The translations under genes and the position numbers were made by a program. A stretch of 64,000 nucleotides of DNA from Azolla caroliniana (lineage: Eukaryota > Plantae > Polypodiophyta): the NCBI GenBank assembly GCA_043228905.1, contig JBHGNT010000010.1, forward strand, positions 10,230,001 to 10,294,000. Direction: 5' to 3'. Positions 37,778-51,867 of this stretch are shown piece by piece (positions within the stretch are counted from its first letter, which is position 1; each line of letters begins with the position of its first letter). The notes under the pieces were generated by a model. It was given only the letters and a program-made list of their open reading frames with translations, had not been told where the DNA came from and made no database searches.

Positions 37778-40700
37778 CATAGATGACTACAGCTGGAAGT
37801 TGTGGGTCTCACCGTTGAAGACGAAGGATCAAGTGTTGTCCGTCTTCAAGGAACTCCACGCGAGAGTGGAAAGTGAAACCAGTCGGAAGCTGAAGGCGGT
37901 TTGAGCAGATTACAGAGGAGAATACATGGGGCAGTTCGAGGAGTACTGCCGGTTGAAGGGAATCCGGGTCGAATTCACCGTGCCGAAGACGCCAGAACTA
38001 AACGGACTGGCCGAAAGGATGAACCAAACCATAATAGAGAGAGTCCGGAGCATGCTCGCACATGGCAAGTTACCCAAGATGTTTTGGGCTGAGATGCTGA
38101 CGACGATGACGACTTATGTGATAAACAGATCACCCTCGGTACCCTTGGACGGATACTCACCGCAAAAAGTACGGACCGGTAAGGATGTGTCTTACCGGCA
38201 TCTAAAGGTGTTCGGGTGTCTCGCATACATGCATGTGGCAAAGGACAAGAGATTAAAGCTGGATTTGAAGTCCCGACCATGCATATTCCTTGGATATGGC
38301 GATGATGAGTTCGGTTACTAGGTGTGGGATATAGTCGACAGAAACGTGTTCCTGAGTCGGGACATAGTCTTCATGGAAGACAAGACCATTGCCGACTGGG
38401 AGTCGGAGAAGAAGGTAACGGACTCTGGATCATCCATTGAAAACCAGCTTGAGGACAAAAGGATACCGGATGACACTCGACGAACCGGCCGGATTCGGAC
38501 AAGAAACCAAACCGACCGAAGAAGAAGAAGAAGAAGAAGAAGAAGACAGCAGAACTAGACAAGATCCCGAATCAGATTCAGATTCGGAACAGACAGAGGA
38601 ACCGACAATCAAAAACCAAGGACGGAGGTATCCTCTCTGGGAGAGAAGAGCTTCCCGAAGATTCCCGAATATAGAGCATGTGTTGCGAACCGATGAGGGG
38701 GAGCCGGAAAGCTTTGAAGAAGCAAGGGGAGACACCCACAACCGCAAGTGGTTGAGTGCCATGCAAGATGAAATGGATTCCCTGCATGAGAACGACACAT
38801 ACGAATTGGTGGAGTTGCCGAAAGGAAAGAGGGCACTTCGGAACAAGTGGGTGTACAAGCTGAAACCAGGAGACGTCGGAAATCCACCAAGGATAAGGCC
38901 CGAATTGTGGTGAAGGGCTTCCAGCATAAGAAAGGAGTGGACTTCGATGAGATTTTTGCCCCGGTAGTAAAGATGACATCCATTCGGATGGTATTGGGCA
39001 TAGCGGCAAACATGGATCTCGAGGTAGAGCAACTGGACGTCAAGACGGCATTCCTACATGGAGACCTCGAAGAAGAGATCTACATGCATCAATCGGAAGG
39101 ATTTGAGAAGAAAGAGAAGGAGCACTTGGTGTGCCGGCTGAAGAAGAGCTTATACGGATTGAAGCAAGCCCCCCGGAAGTTTGACTCCTTCATGACCGAT
39201 CAAGGGTACCACAAGACGCAGGCTGATCACTAAGTGTTTGTGAAGAAATTTGATGGAGGAGATTTCCTGATATTGCTCTTGTATGCGGACGACATGTTGA
39301 TTGTCGGATGAGATCAAGTCAAGATAAGGATGCTGAAGAAGGCCCTTAACCGGACCATCTCAATGAAAGACTTGGGTCCGGCAAGACAGATACTGGGGAT
39401 GCACATAATCCGGGATTGGTCGAAGAAGCAATTGTGCCTGTCACAGGAAAAGTATGTGACAAAGGTGCTTCAGCGGTTCAACATGTCGGATGTGAAACTG
39501 GTCGGATCGACACTTCTGGCAAACTGCAAATTATCAGGTAAGCAAAGCCCCAAGACAAAGGCAGAGAAGGCGGATACGATGAAGATTCCATATGCCTTTG
39601 CTGTCGGGAGCTTGATGTACGCAATCGTGTGTACCCGACTGGATATCAGATATGCAGTCAGAGTGGTGAGCTGGTTCATGAGCAATCCCGGAAGAGAGCA
39701 TTGGAACGTGTTCAAGTGGATACTCCGGTATTTGAAAGGAACCTCGAGCATGTGCCTCCGATTCGGCTCTGATAAACCCCAACTTGACGGATTCACGGAT
39801 TCGGATATGTCGGCTGATGCGGATACCAGCCAATCTACATCCGGATATGTCATGTCCTATGCAAGGGGAGCTGTTTCGTGGCAGTCAAGGCTGCAGAAGA
39901 CGGTTGCATTGTCAACCATGGAAGCGGAGTACATGGCAGTTGAGGAAGCTGGCAAGGAAATAATCTGGACGAAGGACTTCATCGATGAGCTAGGGATCCG
40001 ACAGGAGGAATACCGGCTCTACTGTGACAGTCAAAGTGCCATCCACCTTGCAAAGAACGCGGCATACCAATCGAGAACAAAGCACATCCAGCGCAGGTAC
40101 CACTGGATCATGGAGCGAGTTGATGATCGAGAGTTCGTGCTGACGAAGATCCACACAGAGGAGAATGGGTCAGATATGCTGACCAAGGTGCTAACACCAG
40201 ACAAGCTGAACGCATGCCGGAAGCGGATCAGACTTACAAGACATCCCATACCGGAGTGAAGGGGGATATTGTTGGGAAATCGGTCTCCCCGGATGGGATC
40301 CGGTGATGAATAAAGAGGACCCGGTGAGAACGGGAAGAGAAGATAGATTTGTAAATATGTCTTGAATAACCCATTGAGGCTATAATTGTAAATAGCCCTA
40401 AGTTCATATAAGTATAAATATGACTTAGGGCAATCACTTTAGGTGTGGAGTGTGGAGTGTGATTGTGTTGTTGATATATATTGCTGTAATTGTTGTACAG
40501 AGAGTGAGAGGGAGAGAGAGATACAGAGTGATACTCTATTGTAACCGCCACTATGCGAAGAAACAGATCTCGAGGTTGTTGCCTTCGAGTCTCTGATTGT
40601 ACCCCTTCTCTTCATAGTGATAGTTCGGAGTCTGTGGGCTCCCGTGGTTTTTTCCCTATTAGGGTTTTTTCCACGTAAACATCTTGTGTCACTTTCTTGT

Positions 40701-43700
40701 GTACTCTCCACTTCCCATTTCTGTTTTTGGTTCTTATAGTAGTGACTTACTACTCAGTTGTGGCCGAGCGATATTTTGCATGCATTTCTCAACACATTAA
40801 ACTTGTGTATACTTTCTGTTGATATCCGACTGAGCCGGTTTGTCATAGCTTCCACACATAAACTTTCACATGGTATCAAAGCGTGAGGTTTGAGAACCTC
40901 TACTGTTGACAACTGCTCGAAACAGACAAACCCTAGTCACCGGTAAAGAACATAAGATAGAAGAAAGATATGGACAGAAGCATGGTGAGCTTGCTTCCTA
41001 CGGAAAAGCTTGACTGGAGCAACTATGCGTCCTGGTCATATAAAATGCACCAGTACCTGCTGGGGCACGGATATTGGAGCTACATGGAGGAACAAATGTA
41101 GCAGCGCTAGATTCGGCACACAAGGACTTCTTGGCAATGGAACAAGGAGCGAGCACAATATTGTATTGCCTCACGGCTTGTGTGCACAACTAGATGGTCA
41201 GGTACATCAAGGATGTAAAAACGCCGAAAGAAGCTTGGGAGAATCCGAAAACAATTTTCACGGCAAGCACGATGGCCCGGAAGTTGCAGCTTCGACAAGA
41301 ACTCAACAACATCCGATAACAAGATATGTCGGTTACCGAGTACACCACCAAGATAAAGGAGATCTGCGACATGCTAAGGTCCATCAACGTGTCGGTAGAC
41401 GAAGAAGAGATAGTCTAGATTTGCCTCGGTGGTCTATCACAACGGTACGGGTGAATATAGACGGAGATTTGCACCCGGGAGAAGCCACCGTCCTTCGACC
41501 TACAATCGATGCTAATGGTCGAAGAAAACCATGCGAGTGGGTCGAGGACCACTCAATCGAACAGTCGGATGCTATACATGGAGGCAGATCTGCCCCGTGG
41601 GCGTGGAGGAAGATGTTGGTCGGCATGCAATAGTGGCCACCGGCAAGAGCAAAACCGAAGGCACAGAGATAGTGCTGACAACAATTCCGAACCCTCCACA
41701 AGCAGGGAGAGTCAAGGCGGCATCGGAAACCAACAATTGAAAGCCAACTAACATGGAGTGCTGGTACTGTGGGAAAAAGGGTCACCGGGAAAGCGAGTGT
41801 TGGAAGAAACGCGTTGATTCGGACAAATTCGGATCTGGTAAGGCTGGATAAGGGAACCGGGAAAGCTTGCACTATGCAGAAGGATCGGAAGGATCCAGAA
41901 CCAGTAAGACTGGAAAAGGGCCAACCTTTGTGATGAAACACAAAGCGAACTCGATGAAGAAGCCCATTTCCGGATTGGAGAAAGTGTGGTACGTTTATTC
42001 CGGAGCATCCAACCATATGACGAGTCATGAAGAGTGGTTCTTGTATCTGGAAAAACTAGAAGAACTAGGAGTTGTCGAAACCGGAGATGACACTCCTCAC
42101 TTGATAGTGCATGTCAAAGAAGTTCCCTTGAGTCATGTTGAACAACAAGGGAAGCTTATGAACGTGCTTCACGTCTCGACTATTACGAAGAACCTGGTGT
42201 TGGTTGGGCAGATCATCAACCAGGGAATGTAGGTGCAGTTTACACATCTCGGGTGCTTCATTGAGGAAGAGGGTCAGATCATTGCGCAAGGGCACCAGAA
42301 TGGGAGGATGTTTATCCTCGAGACCAATGACGTTGGCACTGCTCTATTCGCAAAAGGTCAGAAGGTCGAGTCAGATATGGACCTATGGCATAAGCGGATC
42401 GACCACGTAAATTATTAGAGGCTTCAAAACCTGCAAATGAAATTTAGTGGCCGGAAGGCCTGGATTTGTGAAGCCTGCCAACTCGGGAAGAAAGACCGAC
42501 TTTCGTTCCCCACCCGAAAGAAACCGGAGCCGTAATAAGCTCGACTTGATAAATTCAGATGTATCGCATTGACACAAAACGTTAGTCTTGGCGGGAACCG
42601 ATATTCGTCTCCTTCATCGACAACTATAGCCGGCACACATTGATCTATCTCATTGAGAAGAAAAGCAAAGTCTTCGATTGTTTTCGGAACCTACAAAGTC
42701 TTGTTGAACGGGAAACGAAGAGTAAGATCAAGTGCCTGCGGTCGGATGGCAGAAAAGAATACTTTTCCAGCCAATTCAATAGTTATTTGCAGCAGAAAGG
42801 AATTCAGAGGGAATTCAGGTGCCGATACACACCAGGACAAAATAGTGTGGCCGAAAGGAAGAACGGGTCAACCGTCGAGTCGACACGAGCAATGTTAGAA
42901 GAGAAGAGCATGCCCAAGTTCTACTGGGCCAAAGCGATCCGAACAACCATCTACATCCAAAACCGAATCAGGGATAAGGTGTCAGCACACGAGCTATATT
43001 TCGGACGAAAGCCAAATTTAAGGCACCTTAGAATATTCGATAGCATTACATATGTGCATGTGCCGGATGACAAGAAGAGGAAGTCAGAGAAGTGCATTGT
43101 GATCGGCTACTCTCATGAGCAGAAGGGGTACAAGTGCTACAACCCCCGGACTAAGCAAGTACGAGTAAGCCGAGATGTCGAATTTGACGAATCGGCATCC
43201 TGGTACTCCTACTGACTCCGACCTGATTTCGGAGGATCAAGGTAGTGAGCGGGAGACGATTCGGGCAAAAGAAGAAGAAGACTTTGGTACTCTAGATGAG
43301 AGTCTGATCTCATTCTAGCTAAGTGGGTCGAATGATCGACTAAGTTGGATCAACCATTCATATGAAGAGACGACAAGTAGTGGAGACTCGGTCGTGCTTT
43401 CCCCACGTAAGGAACCGAGGAGAAGGTTCACCCGCAAAGAAAAAGGGAAGAAGAAGATGTCGGAATATGACATCGGCAAAGACAAGTTTGATCGAGCGAA
43501 TCCGACTCCGGGAACGGACCTTCGGGAATGAAGTCCAAGCCGACCAAGAGGGCCTTGAAATCGGCTAACGAGAAGTTACGCCGATCAACCTACCAGAAGA
43601 ACCACGCCAAATGGTATGGGTATATGAGTACATGGCGCATCATTATGTGTACATGATGAAAATGGCGGAAGTGCGTGAGCCAGAGAGTTATGCCGAAGTG

Positions 43701-44916
43701 GCAAAGGATGCACATTGGTGTGCCACAATATAGGAAGAGATACAGGCACTCGATGCCAATGGCACATGGGACCTGATTGACCCTCCACGACATTGGAAAC
43801 TAATTGGTTGCAAGTGGGTTTACAAGGTTAAGTACAATGTTGACGGTTCGATCAACCGGTACAAGGCCCGCTTAGTGGCCAAAGGGTATGCGCAGACCCA
43901 CAGAATCAACTACGACGAAACCTTTGTTTTGGTAGCGAAGATGATGACAGATTGTGTGGTACTAGCGGTTGTTGCGGCAAGGGGGTGGCATATTCATCAA
44001 ATGGATGTGAAGAATGCATTTCTTCAAGGTGACCTTGAAGAACAATTCTAGATGACTCAACCCCCTAGTTTTCAGTCGAAGATGAACATGTCGGTAGTGT
44101 GCCGCCTCAAGAAGTCGTTTTACGGCCTAAAGCAAGCCCCCTGATGTGGGAATGCAAAAATCACGCACCGGTTGTGTAAGATGGGGTTTGCGGCCTCAAA
44201 GTCTGACTCTTCGTTGTTCATCCAGAAAGGTCCAGAAGGTCCAGTATGTATCTTATTGGGTGTAGATGATCTAGTCATCACAGGACCCGGTTTTGCTGAA
44301 ATCGGTCTTGTAAAGTCCCAACTGTCGGACGCCTTTGAAATGAAGGACCTGGGGGACCTTCATTTTTTTTCTTCTTAAGATTGAAGTGAACCATACCCGC
44401 AATGGCATATTGTCATCACAACAATAGTATATCCTGAATATGTTGTATAAGTTCAGCATGATCGATTGTCGATCAGTCTCCACACCTCTGGACCGGAACC
44501 GGAGCCTACAACGAGAAAGAGTTCTGACGAATTGTCGGAAGCCTTATTTACTTAACGGTCACCCGACGTGACATCAGCTATCCAGTCCAAGTGATAAGTC
44601 AATTTATGCGGAAGCCGACCGTGGAGCACCTGTAATGCGTGCACCGAATACTGAGGTATGTTAGTGGCACTAAGGACCGGGGACTGTTATACCGACATGG
44701 TACAACCAAAAAGCTAGTCGGATATACGGATGCTGACTAGGCAGATGATGCGTCGGATCGTTGGTCTAGTTCCGGATTCATGTTCTCTATTGGTAGCGTG
44801 GTTGTTGTGTGGAGCAACAAAAAACAATGACTGTGGCTCTATCGAGTACTAAGGTTGAGTATCAGAACGCTACCATTACCACCTGTGAAGCCATATGGCT
44901 TCAGTGGCTGCTGCAA

Positions 44917-45582
44917 TGTTGGGAGACAGGTCCCTCCGGATGGGAAGGGAGAAGAACAGTGCCGACGAACAAACTCGGCTGAGGCCGACAGGCCGAAGCC
45001 GAAACGGTATGAACCGGATGGGGAGTACCCGACTGCGGAGAGCCAGATGGTGTAGGCCCGGTATGAACCGGATGGGGAGTACCTGACTGCGGAGAGCCGG
45101 GTATGAACCGGAGGAAGAGACATATTCGTAAATATGTTTCTGAGAGCCCATCGAGGCTACATTTGTAAATAGCCGAAAAGTCATATTAGTATAAATATGA
45201 CTTAGGGAAAACTTTTAGTTGTTGTCGTCGTTTTGTTGTTGTTGTTCTTCCTTGTTGGTGCGAGAAGAAGTGAGAGCGCGTAACTGTACAGAGAGAGCGA
45301 GAGAGACGAGGTCGTTGCCTCTGTTGTAACCGCCGCCTGTGGCGAAGATCTGTGAGCACGAGGTCGTTGCCTCAGTGAACTCACTGTTGTATATTCCTAC
45401 ATAGTGACAGTTTGCAGCCTGTGGGCTGCCGTGGTTTTTCCCCTAATTTGGGGTTTTCCACGTAAACCTCCTGTGTACCATTTCTCCCCTTTGTGTCGCG
45501 TTTCATTACCTGTTTTTCTGTGTATGAAAAGAATCTCGGTTGTGGCCGAGCGTCGGACATAAGGAACGTCGAGTTCCCTTCA
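44917..45582 (+). mobile_element. Solo LTR (family of 36982-37777), inserted in the RNase H region of A
   Basis: TG...CA ends; exact TSD TGCAA; collinear with 36982-37777. Confidence 0.92.
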
Positions 45583-45953
45583 TGCAAGACCTCCAGATCA
45601 GAGTCCCGACTTCAATCCCGATCTACTGCGACAACATGAGCAACATGCAGCTAGCCAAGAACCCTGTGTTTCATGCTCGGACAAAGCACATAGAAGTGCA
45701 TTACCACTTTGTGCGCGAGCAGGTCCTCATTGGTAAAGTCGAACTCCGGTATGTCCGGAAGGATCGGCAAGTTGCCGACATCTTCACCAAGGCACTTGGA
45801 ACCGACAAGTTGCAGCATTTTTCAGAGATGCTTGGTCTTCAGCATCTCGACATGCCGCACTTGAGGGGGAGAACCGGAAAGGAAACAACCCAAACAAGGG
45901 GAAACAAGAAGAAGAAGGGAGCCGAGTCGACTGAAGAAGTCGGCACATCCGAA

Positions 45954-48900
45954 TGTCATGATATGGCTTCAAAAAGATTTGAACCCATGACCTTGTGTCA
46001 CATTGGTTGAAGCCTTACCATTAAGCTATACATTGTAATACAAAGAATATTATTTCTATTTATTATTTCACTTAGGAAATCCATGTATATTCTAGATTTC
46101 TCTGGAACATTCTAGAAATGTCAAGAGTATTCTTAAGCCACATTTCTAGAGTATTCTTAAGCCACTATAAAAAGAGGCACATGGCATTATTAAGAACCAA
46201 ATTGGTTCAAACTGTCAGGAATAGTACTAAGACAACGAGAGAATAGAACCAAATCGACGAGTAGTTATTGATGGTCATCCCATTGCTTCCAGAAATATCA
46301 GAGAAGAGTCATAACTGATTCAGGTTGTCTTAGATAATTTGGTGTGTTGTATCATTTAATATAATTAGTAGTTCAGATCATCCAATTGTCTTGGGGTTAC
46401 CATGGTTCGAATTACATAACCCAGACATAGATAGATTGGAGAACAAGAGAAATCTGGTATCGACAAACCCAAGGACCTACTCATAGGATTGCAACCATTT
46501 TGCTACAACAATTGTGTGAGGAATGTTTGTCTTTGCAGTTTCATTCAAACCTTGAACACCACTAAAGAGGAATCCACAGTTCAACTTCCAGAGAAGTATC
46601 ATCATTATGCTGACATGTTCGATAAGGTACAAGCCAATACACTTCCTCACCACCGACCGTATGATTTTCCCATTGATTTACAACCGGGAAAAGAGCTACC
46701 ATGGGGACCGATCTACAACTTGTCACCAACCGAGCTAGAAGTCCTTCGAGCCTACATAGAGGAGAATTTGGCAAATGGTTTCATTCGATGGTTGAAATCT
46801 CTAGTCGGCGCACCCATTTTCTCTGTCAAGAAAAAGGATGGATCACTACGTCTCGTCGTAGATAACTGTGGCTTGAATAAGGTCACCATTAGGAATAGGT
46901 ATGCACTTCCCCTTATCTCGAGTCTTTTAGAAATGGATCAATGGTGCAAAGTTCTTCACAAAGATCGACTTACAAGGAGCATATAACCTCGTATGGATCC
47001 GACCAATAGATGAATGGAAGACCACATTTCGCACTAGATATGGGCACTTCGAGTACACGGTTATGCATTCAGTCTCACTAATGCGTCAACAGTCTTCCAG
47101 CACATGGCAAATGATATATTCCGAGATCTCTTGGATATTTCTTTGATCTATTTGGATGATCTACTGGTTTATTTGAGAACTCAAAAAGAACATGATTCTC
47201 ATGTACTATTAGTACTAAAACGACTTCGAGAACATGGTCTTTATGCAAAACTAGAAAAATGTAGTTTCGAGTGCAACCAAGTGAAATTTCTATGGATCCC
47301 GCTAAGGTCAAAATGGTGGTAGAATGGTAGACTCCACCTTTGTTGCAAGATGTGCAATGCTTTTTAGGCTTCACCAATTTCTACCGCAAGTTTATACAGG
47401 ATTACTCAAAGCTTATTCTGCCTCTCACACAACTTACCAAGAAGGGGCAATCGTTTGTTTGTTCTAAAGACACAAACACAACTTTTGTGAGTCTTAAGAA
47501 AGCATTTACATCAGCTCCTATTCTAGCTAATGTTGATCTGAAAAAATCGTTCATCATTGAGGCAGACACGTCGGATTTCGCCCTGGGTAACATTCTGTCA
47601 CAACAAGGCAATGATGAAAAGCTACATCCTGTGGCTTTCCACTCATGGAGCTATTAGCAATAGTGGACTCTTTTACACAATGGAGGCATTTTTTAGAGGG
47701 ATCTTCTCATCAAGTCACCGTATTCAGTGATCACAAAAATCTTGTCTGCTTTCAAAATGCTCGTGTATTAAATCAACGTCAAGCTCGGTGGGCCTAATTC
47801 CTCACTCGTTTCGACTTCAAAATTACATATCATCTTGGGAAGCAGTAAGGGAAGGCAGATGCGTTATTACGGTGCTCATATCTAGCACCGCGTCTCGGTG
47901 ACCCAACATTCGATAATCAAACGCAAGTAATCTTGGGATTGGCACGACTACAAGCTACGTGGGTTTTCGATACGCCATTGGATTCCCACATTATCGATAC
48001 CATACGTGAAGACTTGAAGATAAATGATTTCACTCAAGCCATTCTAACACAAATTGATCCCTCTCGAGCATCTTGTTCACAGCTGCAACAACCAGGAACA
48101 GACTATCGACAATTCGAATGTCATGATGGATTACTATTTTTTAAGAAACTCTTGTATGTTCCTAATGGTTCTTGTCTCCTTCGAGTAGTCCAAAATTGTC
48201 ATGACACATATAACAGGGCATTTCGGTAGTACTAAAACGTTGTATTAGTACAACGATCATTCTGGTGGCCTCATATGCGACAATTTGTCGAAGACTATGT
48301 TCGGACATGTGATACATGTTGCAGAGCAAAGATGCCAAGACATTATCCATATGGTTCGGACATGTGATTCCAAGAAAGCCATGGCAATCCATTTCTCTAG
48401 ATTTCATCACAGATTTTCCAGTTTCAGAGGGATTCGATGTGATCTTAATAGTAGTACTAAATCGATATACGAAGATCCAACACATTTTCTGCCTTGTACT
48501 AAGGAAATCACTAGTGAAGAAACCGCCGAAACTCTCATGCGTGAGGTATGTCGGCATCATGGCCTCCTCGATAGTATCATCAGCGACCGTGGACCCCAAT
48601 TCGTCTGGAAATTTTGTGGAAGCATCTCTTCAAAATGCTCAAGGTCACTTGTAACCTCTCCTCCAGGTACCACCCGCAAACAGATGGACAAGCAGAACGA
48701 ACAAATCAAACGTTGGAACAATATCTTCGGTGTTTTCTAAGCTATCAACAAGATGACTGAGCGGATATTCTCCACTTTGCCGAATTTGCGTATAGTAACT
48801 TTGTCTACTCATCGACTGGGATTACACCATTTTATGCGTATACATGCTATCTTTGTCGGTGGTGTGTATTCGAAACTCCGGAGCTACCCACAAATCCTTG

Positions 48901-49816
48901 TGCAGAGGATCGTTTAGAGCGGCTACACAAGATACACGCAAAATCATCACCTCATTTACAACAAGCTCAACAAACACAGAAGGATTATGCAGATCGTCAT
49001 CGGCTTCCATTCAGTTATAACATTGGAGATCGGGTATGGGTATTACGACGACACATCAAGACTACTCGTCCCGGCAATAAATTGGACTATCGACGATTAG
49101 GTCCTTTCCGTATTATCAGAAAAATTAATGATGTCGTTTTTCATCTCGATCTACCTCCGCAAGTACGGATACATCCGGTTTTTCTTAGTTCTCTTCTCGA
49201 ATCGTATCAAGAAAACACTATTCCGAATCATATTACACCACCTCCACCCCCGATCGAGCTTGAAGCAGGGTCAGAGTACGAAGTAGCTGCCATCCTCGAT
49301 TCCAAGCTTGTTCGCAACAAGCTCTACTATTTGGTCGATTGGCTAGGCTATGGTCCAAGCGAGCGTACTTGTGTCATGATATAGCATGGTATGTCTTCAA
49401 AAGAATTTGAACCCATCACCTTGTGTCACATGGGTTGAAGCCTTACCATTAAGCTATACATTATAATACAAAAAATATTATTTCCATTTATTATTTCACT
49501 TAGGAAATCCATGTATATTCTAGATTTCTCTGGAACATTCTAGAAATGTCAAGAGTATTCCTAAGCCACATTTCTAGAGTATTCTTAAGCCACTATAAAA
49601 AGAGGCACATGGCATTATTGAGAACCAAATTGGTTCAACGCTAGTCTTAAGCCTCCTAGCTATTTCTGTATATTCTCATCATATAATATATATCTTTTGT
49701 TATCATCGTTCTCTCTCTCTCTCTCTCTCCTTCTCCCGAGAGTTCTACACCCCTCTTAGTACTAATCCTCATCTTTTAGTACTAATTCCCTCTCTATCTT
49801 AGTACTATTCCTTTCA
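45954..49816 (+). mobile_element. Second Tcn1-like chromovirus, internally deleted and rearranged
   Basis: Partial 5' LTR 45954-46210; 3' LTR 49372-49816; near-TSD CCGAA/CCGAG; no gag; PR remnant, RT, RH, IN and truncated chromodomain homologous to ~6700-9900. Confidence 0.9.
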
Positions 49817-51867
49817 CCGAGAGAGTCGAAACAAGCGGCAGCGACGGTAGAGTCAAGGACAGAGTCGACCAGAAAAAGAAGGTCAAGACCCGGACATGGT
49901 CCGATGTGGTAAACGGCTTGAAGATCGAGGAAAACTTGGAGTCAGCCAATTCGAACAACAGCTGGAACGAATTAGAGGCAGCTAATTCAAAGGTGGAGTC
50001 TGATTTGGAAGAGCCAAATCAACTTAAGGCCAAACGGACTAGAAGGCAACGGAAGTCGACACCGACACGAAGGAATCAACAGATCGAGAAGCATCGAAGT
50101 CACAACAGCAAAGGAGTTGAAATGGGCCTTATGACCAAATAAGCGGACTGAGAAGGTCGAGGAGCACAGAACAGGACGGGTCATGGGAAGCGGGATTGGA
50201 TGACGGAGGAAACAACCAGCAAACACTGACACATCGATCCGACTTCAAGTTGAGCTTGAGGGGGAGTGTTGAGCAGTCAACCTCAACTGGATCTGGATCA
50301 ACTCAATAAGCCAGAGCTGGATTGATGTTTAGAACGAAGAACCGGATAGGTACCCAGATCGGTATTCGGATCGGAGAGCCGGATCGGATTGTAACAAATA
50401 GGCTGTTAGAGGTCTATGATCCTAACCTAGTACGTAAGCATATTTCTAGGATTCAATGTCAATCGCTTGTATGAGCATTGAAGTACATGTCAGTACTTCT
50501 GTCAGTCCTTTTAAGGACTTGTATACAAGTCCTCACTGAGCACATTGTATGTACAAAGTGTTATTATTTTGAATTGAATTTTTTTGTTCTGCTCTCTCCC
50601 GTGTACTCTTTGTGTGTTCAAGCTTTCCATTAAACCTGTGTATACTTTCTGTTGATATCCGTCTAAGCCGGTTTGTCATAGCTTCCGCATATAAACTTCT
50701 ACACACTACAAGGATAGTAGGTTCTTATAGCAGAAAACCACCCTGATTTAAGAATTGAAACTTCTACACCATGAATGGGAGTAACTAAAAATCACAATGA
50801 AAACTTTCGCAGGTATAATAAAAGCAAATACAATAATGCCTAGGATTATAATCCAAATAAGAATCAAAATACAAGAAAGGCGAATTATGATAACAATGAC
50901 ATCAATAACAGTCAAAATTAGAATAATCACAAATACCAATGGAGTTTGATGTGTCATTGAATCACTAAAATTGTGGCAGTCATATCTTCATGATTGCAAA
51001 TCATTGAAATTCAGACTCTCGTGTGCCATTGTTTGATCAGAAGTTCTATTAATTAAAATACCAACCGAAGTATCCGCATTTGATTCCATGTGTCATAGCA
51101 TTTCATATAATTTTGTTCCTGAAAATAATGTCGCCTGCTTAAACGGCTGATGTTAATCTTTGTCCAACTCCAAACTATAAAACAGAGAGGGAGAGCAAGC
51201 CAACAATATGGCTAGGTTGGGTTTCTCTAACATAAGCTGATGCCAAACGAATCCCTCTGAACATTGGTGTTCCCCAAAAGTTTTCAAAGTGTAGGCTTTC
51301 ATTTTTGAGCTTAAAAACATTTCCTTAATAAAAATGACAAAATATTGTGTACAGAGGATAACTTGAAAGGGAGTACCATAACATAAAAACCTCATATTTC
51401 TTTCTGAATTACTCAAATTTGAGTTGAAACAAAGCTCATGCTCCATCTGCTCTACTACATTGGAACATTTTGAATTGACTCCCCCAGGTATTTTTGATTG
51501 GGTAATTTTTCTCTCATCCGCGTGAATCATTCATGCAGAACACAATTGTCCACACCCAATCCAGCCATTGGGACTTGAAGCCACAACCTCAAGTTTATGA
51601 TCGAGTGGACTGTAGATCCAACCTTTTAATGGTGAAGTACCACCCTTCTGCCAGAGTTACTTGGCAAAATATCATTCAGTTACTTTGGAAAAGTCATCAC
51701 ATACCAAATGGAATCGGCACACTGAGAGAGCTTGCATCGAGGCATGGCTTCAAAATGGCTAGTTAATGTTGTATCCCATGGCAAAAACTAATACAATGGG
51801 CCAACAAATTTCATGATCTTGTACGAGCTGTTTTCATGTTGCCTAGGCATTGATGATCTCTCCACCA

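Larger units (their letters stand above)
17504..40794 (+). mobile_element. Copia element B, inserted in the 5' LTR of A, degenerate
   Basis: 5' LTR 17504-17722 + 29613-29918; PBS TGGTATCAAAGC at 29922; 3' LTR 40270-40794; exact TSD CATTA; gag-pol fragments 29948-30188 and 35663-40259. Confidence 0.92.
17180..50703 (+). mobile_element. Copia element A, outermost element of a 33.5-kb nest, degenerate
   Basis: 5' LTR 17180-17503 + 40800-40870; PBS TGGTATCAAAGC at 40871; 3' LTR 50267-50703 after PPT TTGAGGGGGAG; exact TSD CACTA (17175-79, 50704-08); disrupted gag-pol ~40980-45860. Confidence 0.92.
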
